The notes under the pieces were generated by a model. It saw only the letters and a program-made list of their open reading frames with translations, was not told the origin of the DNA and made no database searches. Positions 1-18,432 of a DNA stretch of 64,000 nt are shown one piece after another; the stretch's first letter is position 1, and the number at the start of each line of letters is the position of its first letter. The translations under genes and the position numbers were made by a program. Origin of the DNA: Eledone cirrhosa (taxonomy: Eukaryota); the NCBI GenBank assembly GCA_964016885.1, contig OZ024747.1:73656001-73720000 (forward strand), given 5' to 3'.

Positions 1-116
1 TGTCGAAATGGCCGGAGCTCAACCGTTGGGGTCCTGACTCTTTTCATATTAGCCACTCTGATGCCCGATGTATCGAGTACTTATGGTCCACCAAGTATCT
101 TAACACACTTTCTCTG

Positions 117-171
<55 letters not shown>

Positions 172-219
172 TTGTAATAAAATGAAAACGAAATTTCATT
201 TCTCACTCTTAGTACTTAC

Positions 220-300
<81 letters not shown>

Positions 301-335
301 TATTGAAGTTTGCTTGAAGCATTGTGGAATAATAA

Positions 336-553
336 ATAAATATCTTTAAGTCGTTTGGAAGCCTCGACAATGCAAATGGGTAAATCTGCGGGTAACAAGA
401 TCCGGTGGTGGAGTGAGAGATGTAAGTGGGTGTGTCTTTACATACCACGCATCTCAACGTACATCCACTTACATCTCTCTCTCTCCACCACCGGATCTTC
501 TTACCCGGAGATTTACCCATTTGCATTGTCGAGGCTTCCAAACGACTTAAAGA

Positions 554-560
<7 letters not shown>
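336..560. repeat. Fold-back inverted repeat (~100-bp arms) between TA tracts
   Basis: 336-434 is the near-perfect reverse complement of 461-560. Confidence 0.9.
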
Positions 561-603
<43 letters not shown>

Positions 604-1465
604 AAGTTGGTTTGATTACAAATGGGTAGAATTGGTGGTTCTGGTTGGCAAATCCTGCAAATCACTCTACGTCATGTAAGTCATCCATCGTAGATGTGGT
701 ATCCAGTGGTTGCTGCAGTAACGGAGTAAAGTATTTATTAAACAACAACAGATGGCGAGAAAATATTCTTTAAAATTTTAAATCCGTGAAATATTCGTCA
801 GATTTTTCGATGGCCCAGCTCCATCATCTAAATATATGGCCAGACAGGACGATCCCATCAGGCAACATTCGACAGAATTACATAACAGGGTTACATTGAA
901 GCTAAAGAATTTGGGTACTGCCTCTTCCCAATACAAGAGTTTATTTTACAGGCAGTTCCCGAATTTATAATTTTCAGTTTCGTATTCTCTTTTTCCTATC
1001 TTCGATTACATGTTGATCTTGTTGGAATTGTAGTAAGAAACTGTATCATAAAATTAAATATTGAAAAGGATCTGTTCTGTCCCATTAAACATTAGCACGC
1101 GCTCACACACGCCCACCCACACGTACGCACGCATGCACGCGCATACACACGCCTGCACATGCACACACATAACCCACATACCAACACTTATCTATCCTAT
1201 AACCCTGTTATGTAATTCTGTTGAAGTTGTCTGATGAGATGTTCCTGTCATGCATTATTTTCGGACGATGAAGCTTAGCTATTGAAATATTTATAGTGAT
1301 TTCACCGAATTAACCTTTTAAAGCATATTATCCAGTGGCATTCTTAGTTTAGTAAACATAAATATATATTAATATTGTATGGCTCCTATAAATATTAATA
1401 TATAGGTAAGCTAGAAAATATCGAAGGAATTGTATAAGATTCCAAGAAAATACGCAGTAGGGAAT

Positions 1466-1637
<172 letters not shown>

Positions 1638-1951
1638 TATATATATGGTAAACAGTGTACAAAAGAATAAGAATTGTCAAAGACAATCAGGGAAACTTTC
1701 AAAAAAGTTTAATAGGGATAATATATTAAATAGTTGGATATAAAAGCTTTTACACTGTGGAGAGATGTGTGGAATACAAAATAGTTAGAAATGATATAAT
1801 GCAATTGTTAGAAACGTCTATTGAATTTCTCCGAATAGCTTCCAACAATACACGGAGGTAGGAGGGAATTATGGAGAGTGGGACTTCGTTTACTCAGTTA
1901 TAAGATGCCATATGCATATGTAATATGGGCATTTATATACACAGACGTTGC

Positions 1952-2022
<71 letters not shown>

Positions 2023-2026
2023 CATA

Positions 2027-2633
2027 TGGTGGCTGCCAACTCGTTTTCGAGTACGGCCACTACTTTATATCCATGTAGGAGAATCTCTACCGATGCGCTG
2101 AACAAGTGTGACTTTTTAGTCCAGCCAGCGACTTGAAAACTCTGGTACAAACACTACACTTGTGACAATTATTGACACATAGTGCTGGGCCCATGGTACC
2201 ATGTGACGACAAGTGCAGAGAGATCTCCAGATATAAAGCAATGCCTGTGCCGTGAAGCATTTATAGTGAGCAAAGGCACTGCACAAAGCCAGTCCCACTC
2301 TCTTAACCAAGATGATATTTACCAAAAAGAAGAACAAGTCAACATCATTGGATACCATCAGGGTTGCAGGTGTTATATCAGAGTTTTCCTTCTCCTAGAA
2401 TTCTGCTTGACAAAGGTTAAGGGGTCATCTCTCCCGGTGATTTTTTTGGCCATTGACTCTTAAGAGCTCCTTTGCCCTTTGACAGGTTTTGTTTTTAGTC
2501 CTGCAGGATGTCCAAAGTCACCCTCCTCACCAAGAAACCTTGGTGGGGTTGCCAGTTTAGTCGCCAACGACCCGACCATGAGACAGGTTGTACTGGGATA
2601 CATGTTACCAGTAGCACCAACTAGTGACCTGAC
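2027..2633 (-). mobile_element. Internally deleted, non-autonomous RTE derivative (5' UTR joined to 3' end)
   Basis: The minus strand has an RTE-type 5'UTR motif CTAGGAGAAGGAAAACTCTGA (~2376-2397) and a zinc-finger remnant CSVCTRVFKSLAGLKSH (~2105-2158), homologous to the last finger of the RTE at ~10300. Its terminus GCCGTACTCGAAAACGAGTTGGCAGCCA resembles the fragment at 11218-11253. Confidence 0.65.
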
Positions 2634-4006
2634 GTATGTATGTATATACATATACATACACACATACACACACATATATACACATATATATACATATGTA
2701 TATACATATATATATACATATAAATCAAGAAAGAAGAGCGACACGGCCCGCCACACAACAAGGGTCCCATTCACACCGCCGACAACCGCCTCCCCGAACC
2801 GGCAGGTCCAGAGACCGCCACCCGCCTGCCCCCGCGCCAATCGATCATCATAGTATTCATCATGTTCCCTATATATACCTTGCTTTCTTAACCTCTGTAT
2901 TACCTTATTGCCTATATTGTTGTTATTGTTGTCTTATTCATGCATGACTTGTTATTGATGCTGTGAAGGCTAAACAACCCCCATAATTCGAACTAACACT
3001 CCCTACATCTAATATAGACCACTTAAATAATGAATCCACTTTACACCACATAAAAATTACCATCCTCACTACAATGAAAATATTTTATGTCAGATAATAA
3101 ATAAATCTTACGGTCAGCAAACCTACAGTAAAGTAAATGCTCCATTGTTTCAAGCCCCAGGTTATCTCTACACTATATATAATATACCCCATGACAGCGT
3201 TCACATGTCAATTTCATACATCTGTTTCGTATCAGTTCGTTTTACATGCTAAAGTCATCAGTATACTCTATTTCTTACTTAGATTGTTGTGATTGTTTTA
3301 ACTATTTACCATCTAGCTAATTTATTTGAGTATTGTTATTATTGTTCTGATGTAATGCCACTACTATATATAGAAGCCCTGCCTGTGTATATCCTTCATT
3401 CTCGCATGCTCTGATGAATAGACTGGTTATAACAAAGTATTGGTGATCGATTGACGCAAAAAACAGGCGGGCAGCGATCTCCAGACCCACCAGTTCAGAG
3501 AAACAACTGCCAGCAATGCGAACAAAGCCCCTACCGTACAGCAAACCATGTCACTCCTCCCTCTCGATCTATTATTACTCCAAGTGTAAACTACATAGAA
3601 ATCACCGCGTACTCGCAGCATCACTATGGAAACGTCTTGTTGAGTCAAACTTAGCCAAGCGTTAGTACTATCCAGTACTCGGAGCACCCTAAATGGACGA
3701 TATCTAAGTGGACTACCTATAACAATAATTTGTTATCCTGTATATATATATATCGAGGTAGAAGGAACAACGTGAAATAAAGTGTTTTGCTCAAGGACAT
3801 AACTCACCGCCCGGTCCGTAAATCGAACTCCCAACCTCATAATTGTGAATCCAATTCTCTAACCACTCAGCCACATGCCTTTAAAATTATATGTATACAA
3901 AATTATATATACACACACATATATATACATATATATATATATACATACATATATACATACATATATATATATACATACACATATATATATACATATATAC
4001 ACACAT

Positions 4007-4117
<111 letters not shown>

Positions 4118-4156
4118 CTCACACACATATACATATATATATATACATATACACAC

Positions 4157-4209
<53 letters not shown>

Positions 4210-4218
4210 CATATATTT

Positions 4219-4255
<37 letters not shown>

Positions 4256-4302
4256 CATACATATACACATATATATACATATATATATACATATACATAT
4301 AC

Positions 4303-4339
<37 letters not shown>

Positions 4340-5465
4340 TATATATATACACATACATATACACATACACATACGCATATATATACACATATATCTATAT
4401 ACATATATATACACATACACATACACATACATATACATATATATATAAAAGCGATGAAATACCAATGAAGGTTGGAAAATCACTGATGAAGGACTATTTT
4501 TATCATATGTAACCCACATATATATACATATATACATACATACATATGTATACATATATATATACACATATATAGATATATACATATATATATATACATA
4601 TATATATACATATATATATACATATATATATACATATATATATATATACATATATATATACATGCATATTTATATACATATATTTGTGTGTATGTATGCA
4701 TAATTATATAGATAGTTACGGTTTTATATGTATGTGTGTATGAGTGTGTGTTCGTACATAATTAAATTGCACGCACAAACATTTACTTCGAAAATCATTA
4801 TTTTTTTGTTACGAACATCATAATGCAAACTGCATCAATGCACACATACAGATGTATATATATATATATATATGCCCACACATAAATATATATTATATAT
4901 ATGTTACAGTTACTCAAGTGCAAATGTATTTTCAGGCAGTATATTTACTCTGAATTAAAGAAACAAAATGTAGATATCATATGAGTAGTCCCAAATGTCG
5001 TTGCAGTATGTATTACTATACGTGCACCCTGTTAATAATATATATGCAGCCCCTCTCCTGCAGATCAACTCGTAACCTGTTAATGTACTCATCAGATCAC
5101 ACATTCCAGTCAACTCTAGATATAAGTGACATAAGTGAGCTCCCTTCTATCATTAAAAATATATCAACTGCGTTTTACACTTCTACATACATTATCACTA
5201 AGGATTATTACCCTTTAGTTTGTAAATTTTTTATAAAAGAAATAAAACAACAGAAACCTTTATTTTAAGATGGCTGATCTGACAAGCTAGGCGGTTATAT
5301 TACAACCTCACAGCAAAACACGAATATTCCGAAAATGTAGTGTTCATGTAATAAGAATAATTATATAAGACAATTCGTCCTTACGATTGAGTATTCTACC
5401 AACTTTGGATATTTATTGCGAAATTCATCTATACTATCTCTCTCTCTCTCCCTCACTCACCCGTC

Positions 5466-5489
<24 letters not shown>

Positions 5490-5500
<11 letters not shown>

Positions 5501-6101
5501 AACAAGGGGAAGAAGAATACTGCATGGTTGCACATGGATTACATATTATAAAATTAGTCCCTCATCAGTGATTTTGCCAACCATCATTGGTATTTCATCG
5601 CATTAAAAATCAGATACCTCAGGTTGGTGCGAGCAATAACTAAAATAAGCTATTGGGACAAGTGAAACGCGGAAAGCGAGTGAGACAAGTAAACAACAGA
5701 AGGGAAAGCAAACCGAAAGTTGGAAAACAGCAAGCCACATGGTAGTTATCCGATCAGCATAAACTGGGTGCATTTCATGAGCGGACAGAGAAGCAGACCG
5801 TACGCCGTGAATGGGGTGTGAGAAAGAAGGAACCCCACTAGTAGCGAACGGGAGGAAGTGAGAAGGGGAGAAACAGAGAGTGGGTGAGTGGAAGTGCGAG
5901 GAAGAGGTCAGTCGAGAGAAAAAGTGTAACTGACAGAGAGGGTGAAAGAAGGTAAGAGAAACAGAGAGAACGGGGGAGCAGTAAGAGAGAAAGAGAGAAA
6001 CAGATAATCGCAGTTTAGGTAAATATATATGAAAAACAAGGGGAAGAAGAATACTGCATGGTTGCACATGGATTACATATTATAAAATTAGTCCCTCATC
6101 A

Positions 6102-6153
<52 letters not shown>

Positions 6154-6440
6154 TATATTTATATATATATATGAAAAACATGGGAAGAAAGAGGAAAACT
6201 GCGTGGTTGCACATGGATTACATATTATAAAATTAGTCCCTCATCAGTGATTTGCCAACCATCATTGGTATTTCATCGCATTAAAAATTATATACCTCAG
6301 GTTGGTGCGAGCAATAACTAAAATAAGCTATTAGGACAAGTGAATCGCATAAAGCGAGTGAGACAAGTAAACAACATAGTAGGAAAAGCAAACCGAAGGT
6401 AGGATAAAAGCAAGCAACATGATGGTTATCCGATCAGCAT
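5490..6440 (-). repeat. 534-bp unit with ~80-bp terminal direct repeat, followed by a diverged partial copy; related inverted fragment at 4450-4515
   Basis: 5497-5572 = 6031-6106; 6172-6440 is similar to 5497-5761; CACTGATGAGGGAC on the minus strand. Confidence 0.8.
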
Positions 6441-6444
6441 ATAT

Positions 6445-6718
6445 ATATGTAGCACCTTGACCTCCTTGTCAGACCAGTCTGTCGGGCGCCAATCGGCGCC
6501 GCTGGTCACAGCATGTCGTGCTGTTTTAGCTATAAGATAACGCCATCCCACTGGTTGGGCGGGCAGGCCGGTACTCATTTCTACAGCTGAGTAAACTGGA
6601 GCAACGTGAAATAAAGTTTCTTGCTCAAGGAAACAATACATCACCCGGTTCGAGAATTGAACTCACAACCTTTCGATTGCAAGCCCAATGCTCTAACCAC
6701 TAAGCCATGCGCCTTCAC
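6445..6718 (-). mobile_element. tRNA-derived SINE family 1 (other copies 3767-3880 minus, 20195-20312 plus)
   Basis: Minus strand: A box TGGCTTAGTGG, B box GTTCAATTC, then a CCTTGAGCAAG..CACGTTGCTCCAG body. Confidence 0.75.
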
Positions 6719-6754
6719 ACATCTATATATATATATGTATATATACATATACGC

Positions 6755-6830
<76 letters not shown>

Positions 6831-6866
6831 TTGTGTGTGTATCCATCTACCATATCAACCTATATA

Positions 6867-10382
<3,516 letters not shown>

Positions 10383-10499
10383 GTGTGTGTGTATAGATAT
10401 GTTTATGTGTGTGCGTGTGTGTGTATATATATATATATATGTATATTATTATTGTTGTTGTCAGTATTATTATTATTGTTATTATTATTATTATTGTTA

Positions 10500-10576
<77 letters not shown>

Positions 10577-11217
10577 CAAATTGCATTTTAAAAAAAAAGC
10601 CTTCAGGAGCCACTTTTTTTATTGTCATAAAATTCTGTAAAAGGCTACAAAATAAATTCCCAAATACGGGCCCGAAATTTTAATGAACTTATTCACGTGA
10701 AAGCGATAATTTCATTTATAACCAATCAAATTACATTTAAAAAAGAAAAAAAGCCTTCGTGAGCCCCTTTTTTTAAGTAAAAAGTAATTCAAACACTCAT
10801 ATATGGAAAAACAACCTGAGCACCCCCCCCCCCTTGTTTGAAGTACTTTGTAACGCGAACTGGCGCGAAATTTATTATACATATTGACCAACCAATCAAA
10901 TTACTTCTCTAAAAACCTGGCGTTTCGAGCCACTTTTTTTCCATATAAAACAAGTAACATTCAAAGACCAACCGGATGTGAGAAAAACCACAGACCCTCC
11001 ATCTCAACTCTACTTTTGAAAAGCAGAAGAACTGCGAAACTGGTAAAGGAACCAAATAAATATATATATTTTAAAAAAATAAGACTCTAGTTGCATTTTC
11101 GATTTCATCTTTTTTTCTTTATACTTTCACTCGTGTAGGACACCTCGATTATTTTTAATTTTGTAAAAAAACCTCACTTTCTAATATATATATATATATT
11201 TTTTTTTTCTCGTGCAA

Positions 11218-11254
11218 TGGCCATACTCGATAACGAGGGGGCAGCCATCATCAT
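11218..11254 (+). mobile_element. Short RTE-type 3' terminal fragment
   Basis: GGCCATACTCGATAACGAGGGGGCAGCCATCATCAT matches the reverse complement of ~2027-2059. Confidence 0.5.
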
Positions 11255-11593
11255 ATATATATATATATATATATATAAGTATATATGTATATATATATAT
11301 ATATGTGTGTATTCATGCGTAAGCACATAGGAATGACCGTTCACGTATGCATAAACAGAATACTCTAATGAACATATCCATATATACAAATACATAATAT
11401 TAACTTATGTTAGATATTTAGAGATGAATAGCTATATATATCACTGTTGACAAACTTGGAAATATGGCTACTTCCTTATTGGCTCTGTAAATGGCTTGAG
11501 TACATGGAGAGACATCTACCGGAAATTGATGCGTGTTATCGAAACACTGGTTCAATTAAAAATGTTAGCTGTTCAAATGTGATGTTTTATTTA

Positions 11594-11911
11594 TCTATAT
11601 ATCTAAAACAGAGAATGTATGTCTGTATGTCTGTCTCTCTGTCTGTCATCTCACTAACACTCGAGAATTACCCAACCGATTGTTTTTAAACTTTACACAT
11701 GTAATACTTCTGTTCCAGTGAGTGTTTCAAATTTCAAATGTTCGATGCCCTAGGGATCGCATTAGGCGATCTCTCTCTATAATTCTTAGTCTTTCTTTTT
11801 AGAAAGATACACTGATATAACGTTGCGCCCTTATAATATCTATCTGTATGTTTGGCTGTCTGCATTACAGCATTATGACGCTATATGTGTGTGTATATAT
11901 GTATATATATA

Positions 11912-11963
<52 letters not shown>

Positions 11964-12246
11964 TGTAAAGCTTTTCGAAATATTTACTTCTGCGTTCACA
12001 GATTGATTTTTTTAGTTTCAGAAGATCCCGTTAAGGGTGAAAGCACCGATTCTTTGCTTAAACTTTAATCTGTTATTTTAATATATATATATATATAACT
12101 ATATATTCGTGTACAGATATATTTGCATACACAATAACAAAATATAAACAAACGTATATATTTCACGAGGCTCGATAATGATAAATATATATCAAATATA
12201 TTAGAACCCTAGAACAACTACCGATAACGCCGGGCCATTCTACTAG
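11594..12246 (+). mobile_element. Non-autonomous Helitron
   Basis: 5' TCTATATATCTAAAAC; 3' degenerate GC hairpin followed by CTAG; inserted between A and T; homologous to 50351-51291. Confidence 0.75.
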
Positions 12247-13574
12247 TGTTATATATTTCAATGCCATAGTATAATCTGAATATCAACATTTTTTCTTTGG
12301 TTATTTTGTATATTTATAACGTTTATTTATATTTCAAGATTTACATTGTTGTATTCAGTAGTTTCATTGTATCGTTTCTGTTTTATTTTGCAATTAGAGT
12401 GCTCAATTCTGAAGATCAGCTGTTTAGGATTTCACTCCATCACATAGTCCCCACTACCGCTACCATCCCCACCAAATTAATGACTTCTACAACGCAAAAT
12501 TCAGTCTACAAGGAAGACTTAGCTGCTATTTTTAGCAGATAGAAGGACCTCGTATAAGCTCTTTGTTCGTTTATCATCTAAAGATCCAGCCACTTCGACA
12601 TTCTAATGAAAAAAAGGAACCTTCTGTGACTTACTACGAGTTTTAGCTGAAAGGTTCCTCGACTAACCAAGGTACTTTCATGGAATAACCAAATGGGTTT
12701 ATTTTTCAACATGGTCCTTGGAAGGAAACAATGCAATTATTAATTAGAATAATTGGAATTAATGTATGCAAGATTTTACAGCTTTATCATCAGTCCTTCA
12801 TAAAGAACCTACGAACCTTTCAGTCGAGCCTCATACATAATCAAGATATTCACGTATTTTATAAACGATCACTTACCCCCTCTGGATTCTCAGGAATATA
12901 TTCCCATAGAATATGAAATCTTTTCATATATGTTACTTATTTCTCAAACACGGTTCTTTTGTACGACATTTCTGACACACTTAACACGCTGCTAAGATTT
13001 TTCACTACTCATGATAATATATTTGTTGCTTGTAAGAAGGCGTCAATTGAAATAATATCAAAAGAACTGGTATTGACTGGATATGGCTTATCAGTCGTGA
13101 TTATCTGTATTAATATCACACAGTTAATACACCAATGGGAATATTACTAACACGTACATAGGTATGATAGCAACAAATATTGAGGCGTCTATAGCATACA
13201 GAGTGAAGGAGAGAGATAAACTATAGAATTTATTGTGTATTTGTACGTATGTGAGTGGCGTGTGTGTGTTTGTCTGTGGATGTGTGTCTATCTGTATGGG
13301 TCTGTGTGTGTGTCTATCTGTTTGTTGGTCTCTCTCTGTGTGTGTGTCTGTGTGTGTGGAGGGATTGTGTCATGTTTAAAAAGAGAAATGGTTAACACAA
13401 AGAAGTGATAACAATACCAAAAATGAAACAATAACAAGTATATAAAAGATAATAAAAATTACGTGAACTGTAAATGATATTAACATGTGATACCCTCACG
13501 ATAGTATATACTTACCAAGATGGAGGTTAAAATATTTCCGTAAAATACGATGGTGATGATGATATTAATAATAA

Positions 13575-13900
13575 TATGCATGAAAAGGAGAAAATTAAGC
13601 GATACCAGGATTTAAAGTGGGAGTTAAAAAGGATTTGGGACTGTCATGAAATCAAGGTGGTCCCGATTGTCATAGGGGCACTAGGTACTATCTCAAAGAG
13701 TTTTCAAGGATGGTTAAAGAACATTAGTCCAGCCCCCTTTCTTCAAAAGGAACACTTCAAAAGGCATGCTTGCTGGGAACAGCAAGAACCCTCCGATACC
13801 ACCTGAATATCTGAGGCAGCAGGTAGCGGCTTGATGTTCATTTGAACAAAATTTCCAGTTAATTAACATCAGTGACTGAGACTCCAAGAATAATAATAAT
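13575..13900 (+). mobile_element. Dong/R4-clade (restriction-like endonuclease) retrotransposon 3' fragment in (TAA)n
   Basis: Translation EKEKIKRYQDLKWELKRIW..VVPIVIGALGTI then (frameshift) LQKACLLGTARTLR is the RLE C-terminus of R4/Dong. It is flanked by ATAATAAT on both sides, the known Dong target. Confidence 0.85.
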
Positions 13901-14105
13901 AATGATAATGATAAAAAATGATGATGATGATCATAATAATAATAAAAATAATTATGGTAAAAATAACAAATATCAGTAGCCAGTGAGAATGACAGAAAGT
14001 TGTATATTGAGATTTATCTTTTTAGTAGTCCATTTAAATACCAGTAATATACTGTTGTCGATAGATAATTAACATGTTCTATCCTTTCATTGTTTTGAAT
14101 TACAT

Positions 14106-14239
14106 TCTTCTTCTTCTTCTTCTTCTTCTTCTTCTTCTTCTTCTTCTTCTTCTTCTTCTTCTTCTTCTTCTTCTTCTTCTTCTTCTTCTTCTTCTTCTTC
14201 TTCTTCTTCTTCTTCTTCTTCTTCTTCTTCTTCTTCTTC
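14106..14239. repeat. (CTT)n microsatellite
   Basis: Direct reading; similar tracts are (GAA)n 16599-16717, (CAT)n 17644-17703 and (TATC)n 27878-27974. Confidence 0.98.
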
Positions 14240-15978
14240 AACAGAATGGTGTGAAATATATTTGTTATAGACAACATCTTCTTCATGAAATATATTACCG
14301 TTTGTTCCACACATAAATTGTGTGCGTCTCTTTTTACACATAATATTTATTCTAGGTGAAATGTAATATCAAACTTATGTTATAAACAAAACGTCACTTG
14401 TTTGGGGAATATCCACTTTCACAAATACAACACAGCAACGTAACACCCTGACATTGAAAATAAAGGACTTTAAAATCCGAAAAGATAATATATACTTTTA
14501 ATGTAGCTTGCAAACATATTCTCTAGGAAATTGCTTAGAAAATTTGAATAAATCTGAAAGCCTCAAAACAGAGATAAAGCGAATGTGAGAAATACAATTG
14601 GCAATACTACAGGATGCTTTAATCTGAGAGAGACAATATGTTATATAGTACAATACAAGGAATAATAGTTTATGTTTCACACCACATAAAATATATAATA
14701 TAGTAACACGTAGAGGAACATAAAAATGGAGAAAATATATTAATATTATAGCATATAATGTAATGTCTTCAGAATACATATGAGTAAGAAATATGTTAAA
14801 AGAAGGTCAAACGATATCTAGAACAAACATGCAAAATAGACAGAAATCTATATATTTGTTACAATAAATATTGTCTTATTTTATCAATATATATCTACAA
14901 CAAATAGGTGTATATATATGTGACACACACACACTCACATACAGACACACACAGACACACACGCAGTCGCTAAAGACTCCGCTTAAAACTGCTGCAGGTA
15001 AGCAGTGCAGCGAGGTATACAATATATAATCTATTGAAGCTTATATTAGCATTAATATATCAATCACTAAGATGTTTTATAATTCTTAAGTATCATTAAC
15101 CTAAATGTTAAACTAAAAGATACTATTTTTTTATATTGCTTATACAAAGTTAGTATTAATTCTGGATCTACTTTATATAAGGAGAGTTCGATCGTCTATT
15201 CAGATAGATAACTGATTATTAGACAGACAGATAGATCAGTAGGCAGGTAATGTGCCAGAGTGTTAGGAGCAAAGTATATATATAGACAAGTGTGTAAGAA
15301 TACGTCTATTATTGGAGAAAAAAAAACGAAACGGTAACGAAGACGAAGACAATATTGATATCTTCTCATACGTGCTATGTTGTTGTCAACTTATATTGCA
15401 GTATCTATTCATCTTATCCTATCGCTCATTCTACCATACCTTCTAACTTTACCGCTTCCTTCTTATTTTCTTTGGTTTCTCTTTTCTCTATCATTATCTC
15501 TGTCGGAGTACAAACAGTACAAACAAAAACGTCAAGCCATTTGCTTGCTGTCTAATGTCCAAAGATGTATGTTTGCTTGTTGTAGAAACGGCGTGAATCA
15601 TTGCCATCGAGTGACAGTAGCGTTGTTATATGACTGCTGACTCAGTAATGATTTGTGGACGCTATATAGCAACGAAATTATTAAATAGAACACTTGTCGT
15701 CCTTCAGACTAAATCTCTCTGTGTGTGTATGTGGGGAAATATATGTTATGGTGTGTTTGTGAGTGAGAGCCTAAGTTTTATGTATGTTTATGTGGAACTC
15801 TGAGCTGCTGTATATATGTGTGTATATGGTACACATGAGCAGATGTATGTCTTTGCATGCATATGTGTCCGTGCACGTGAGAGTCTGTACGGTGGGTGGC
15901 ATGTTTAGGTGTGTCTGCGCACGGGAGGTTTGAAGTATGTGACGTATTGGGTTATATATGTGTGATTGTGTGTGTATG

Positions 15979-16034
<56 letters not shown>

Positions 16035-17643
16035 TCTGTATATTCGTGGTTTGTGTATGAGATGTGTCTGAGTGCAAGGAAGCGCGCGTGTGTGTGTGAT
16101 GATGTAATTGCGTGTTTTTATAAATGTGGTTGAGTAGATACTTGTTTGCTCATGTATGAGTTTCATCACTGATGTATATGTGTGTTTGTTTATGTATGTG
16201 AGTGTGTGTGCATATGAATGCGTGTTTGTTCATGTGTGTGTAAGTGAATATCTTAGAAACACTGAAGTACTTGCATTAACAAGCACACATCTGTGACATG
16301 ATGTCGTATTACGACAGACATTAATATATTATATTAAAAGCATAGATTGCCCGTAGTGTGGGGAGGGGTTTGTGGTTAGGGCCAGACAAATAGGTTGGTT
16401 CCGAACAAAAGGATGGTACCAGGCAGTGATTGTAGGGTGGGAGGGGACGTGGACAGATTCTAAAGAAACATTGATTCCATCATCTTATTGTATTTAATCT
16501 TTTGTACTTCAACAACATTTGGAGACAGTGTGACACAAGTAAAACCTGAGAACGTACTGTAATACTAACACAGTGAGAATAAAGAAGGAGAGGTGTAGGA
16601 GAAGAAGAAGAAGAAGAAGAAGAAGAAGAAGAAGAAGAAGAAGAAGAAGAAGAAGAAGAAGAAGAAGAAGAAGAAGAAGAAGAAGAAGAAGAAGAAGAAG
16701 AAGAAGAAGAAGAAGAAATTCACAAAAATGAAAGAATAAAACATGTTAATTATTGAATAGACAACAGTATATTACTGCAAAGTAACGCCACAGAAGCCAG
16801 GATAGGCAACGGCCTAATGAGCCTCCGAGCTCGAGATAGACTTTTAACCTGTAATGGACTGGCGTCTTACCCAGGAATGACTCTTGTACTCTCAGACGTT
16901 TAATGTCAAGGAAACCAGGATAAGCACCGGCTTGATAAACCTTCATGTTCAAGACAGATTTTCGACTTAAATAGAAACCCCTGCACTCTGTCAGACTTGA
17001 GTCGTACAGTCATCGCAATTTTACAGGCTAGTGAAAGTGATAAATACACCCTTCAGACTTAAAATAAATAAAATAGCAAAAATAAAGAAGAAATGACAGC
17101 AGAAGACGATCGTGTTTCCTTGATAATACATAAGTTTTGCTTTTAAATAGATTTAGAAAAATATTAGCCTTTCAATGGTAATTTAAGTAAGAAATGATTT
17201 AAAGATAAATTTAGGTTTTCAGTGTTGCCGATTAACGAGGACGATAATTATATTTACAAGTAAAGTATATTTATATAGCAACCTGAATGCGGTACAGATT
17301 TCTCTAACTTGAAAGAAAACAAATTAGCGCTTCAAGGGGAATGAAAAGGAAGAGGCACTGCAACAATTTTAGTGGATGAATGTTTGCGGTAAATTAATCT
17401 ATGAACTGTGCTTAACTTGCAGTTGGACACGGTTGTCTTGTATTTCACTGACGTTGTAAACTGCTCTATGGGGGTGTGGGATAAAATTAATATTGTTTAC
17501 TTCAGTGAATATTTTTTTTCTTTATTGTGTATTAAAAAGACCGTTGGAACCCTCATATTCCACCTCCTCTTTCCTCTCCTCCTTCTATTCATGTTCCTTA
17601 CCCTCCATCTCCTCCTACTCTTCATCCTCCTCTTTCTCGTCCA

Positions 17644-17704
<61 letters not shown>

Positions 17705-17797
17705 TCCACTAATATAACATCTGTATCTTAAAATAAATATTTACTTCAGAACTACGAACAGTTGCTATGTGCGAGATATCTACAAGTGATGATTTCT

Positions 17798-18002
17798 GAA
17801 TCAGACACAAAGCCACCAATTTTAGGGGAGGAACCGGTCGGTTAAATCGACCTCAGTGCGTTACTGGTACTCTATTTCTTCAACCCTGTATGGATGAAAG
17901 GCAAAGCTAACCTCGGTGGGATTTTAGCTCATAAAGTAAAGGGCCGTAACGCTATGCCTCTAAGCATGGTGCCCGACGCTCCACTGATTCTGATAATCGC
18001 CA
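17798..18002 (-). mobile_element. tRNA-derived SINE family 2
   Basis: Reverse-complement match to the consensus TTCTGAGTTCAAAT..GCCGAGGTTAGCTTTGCCTTTCATCC..GGGGTCGATAAAATAAAGTACCAG seen many times in the window. Confidence 0.75.
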
Positions 18003-18129
18003 AATAATAATAACACTAATCCGTAGGAATCTGTAGTGAAAGTACATAATAAATGTCAGTCTCCTTAGTCGTACAGGGAGACAAAGAGAGAGAAAGTGAG
18101 AAAGGGAAAATGAAACAATACACGTACCA

Positions 18130-18253
<124 letters not shown>

Positions 18254-18432
18254 GTAGATAACCGAATTAAATCTCTTTTAAACTAGTTAGATTATTATTC
18301 AACACCGAACTCGGTACTTGAGATAGTCCAGTGTGACTACATTAGAAGCAGCTGTCGAAATGGCAGGAGCTCAGCTGTCGGTTCCTAACTCATTCTAACA
18401 CACACACGCACACACACACATATATATATATA

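Noticed and set aside
1225-1282. CTGATGA...GAAGCTT hammerhead-like motif (similar weak cases at ~3580-3640, 37061-37095, 43275-43316)
   Set aside because: The core or stems are too degenerate to call from a single copy.
6645-6718. tRNA gene
   Set aside because: A and B boxes are present, but the sequence continues into a SINE body and has multiple decayed copies; no good cloverleaf.
10578-10945. Three degenerate ~150-170-bp subrepeats
   Set aside because: Probably the interior of an old repeat; no termini identified.
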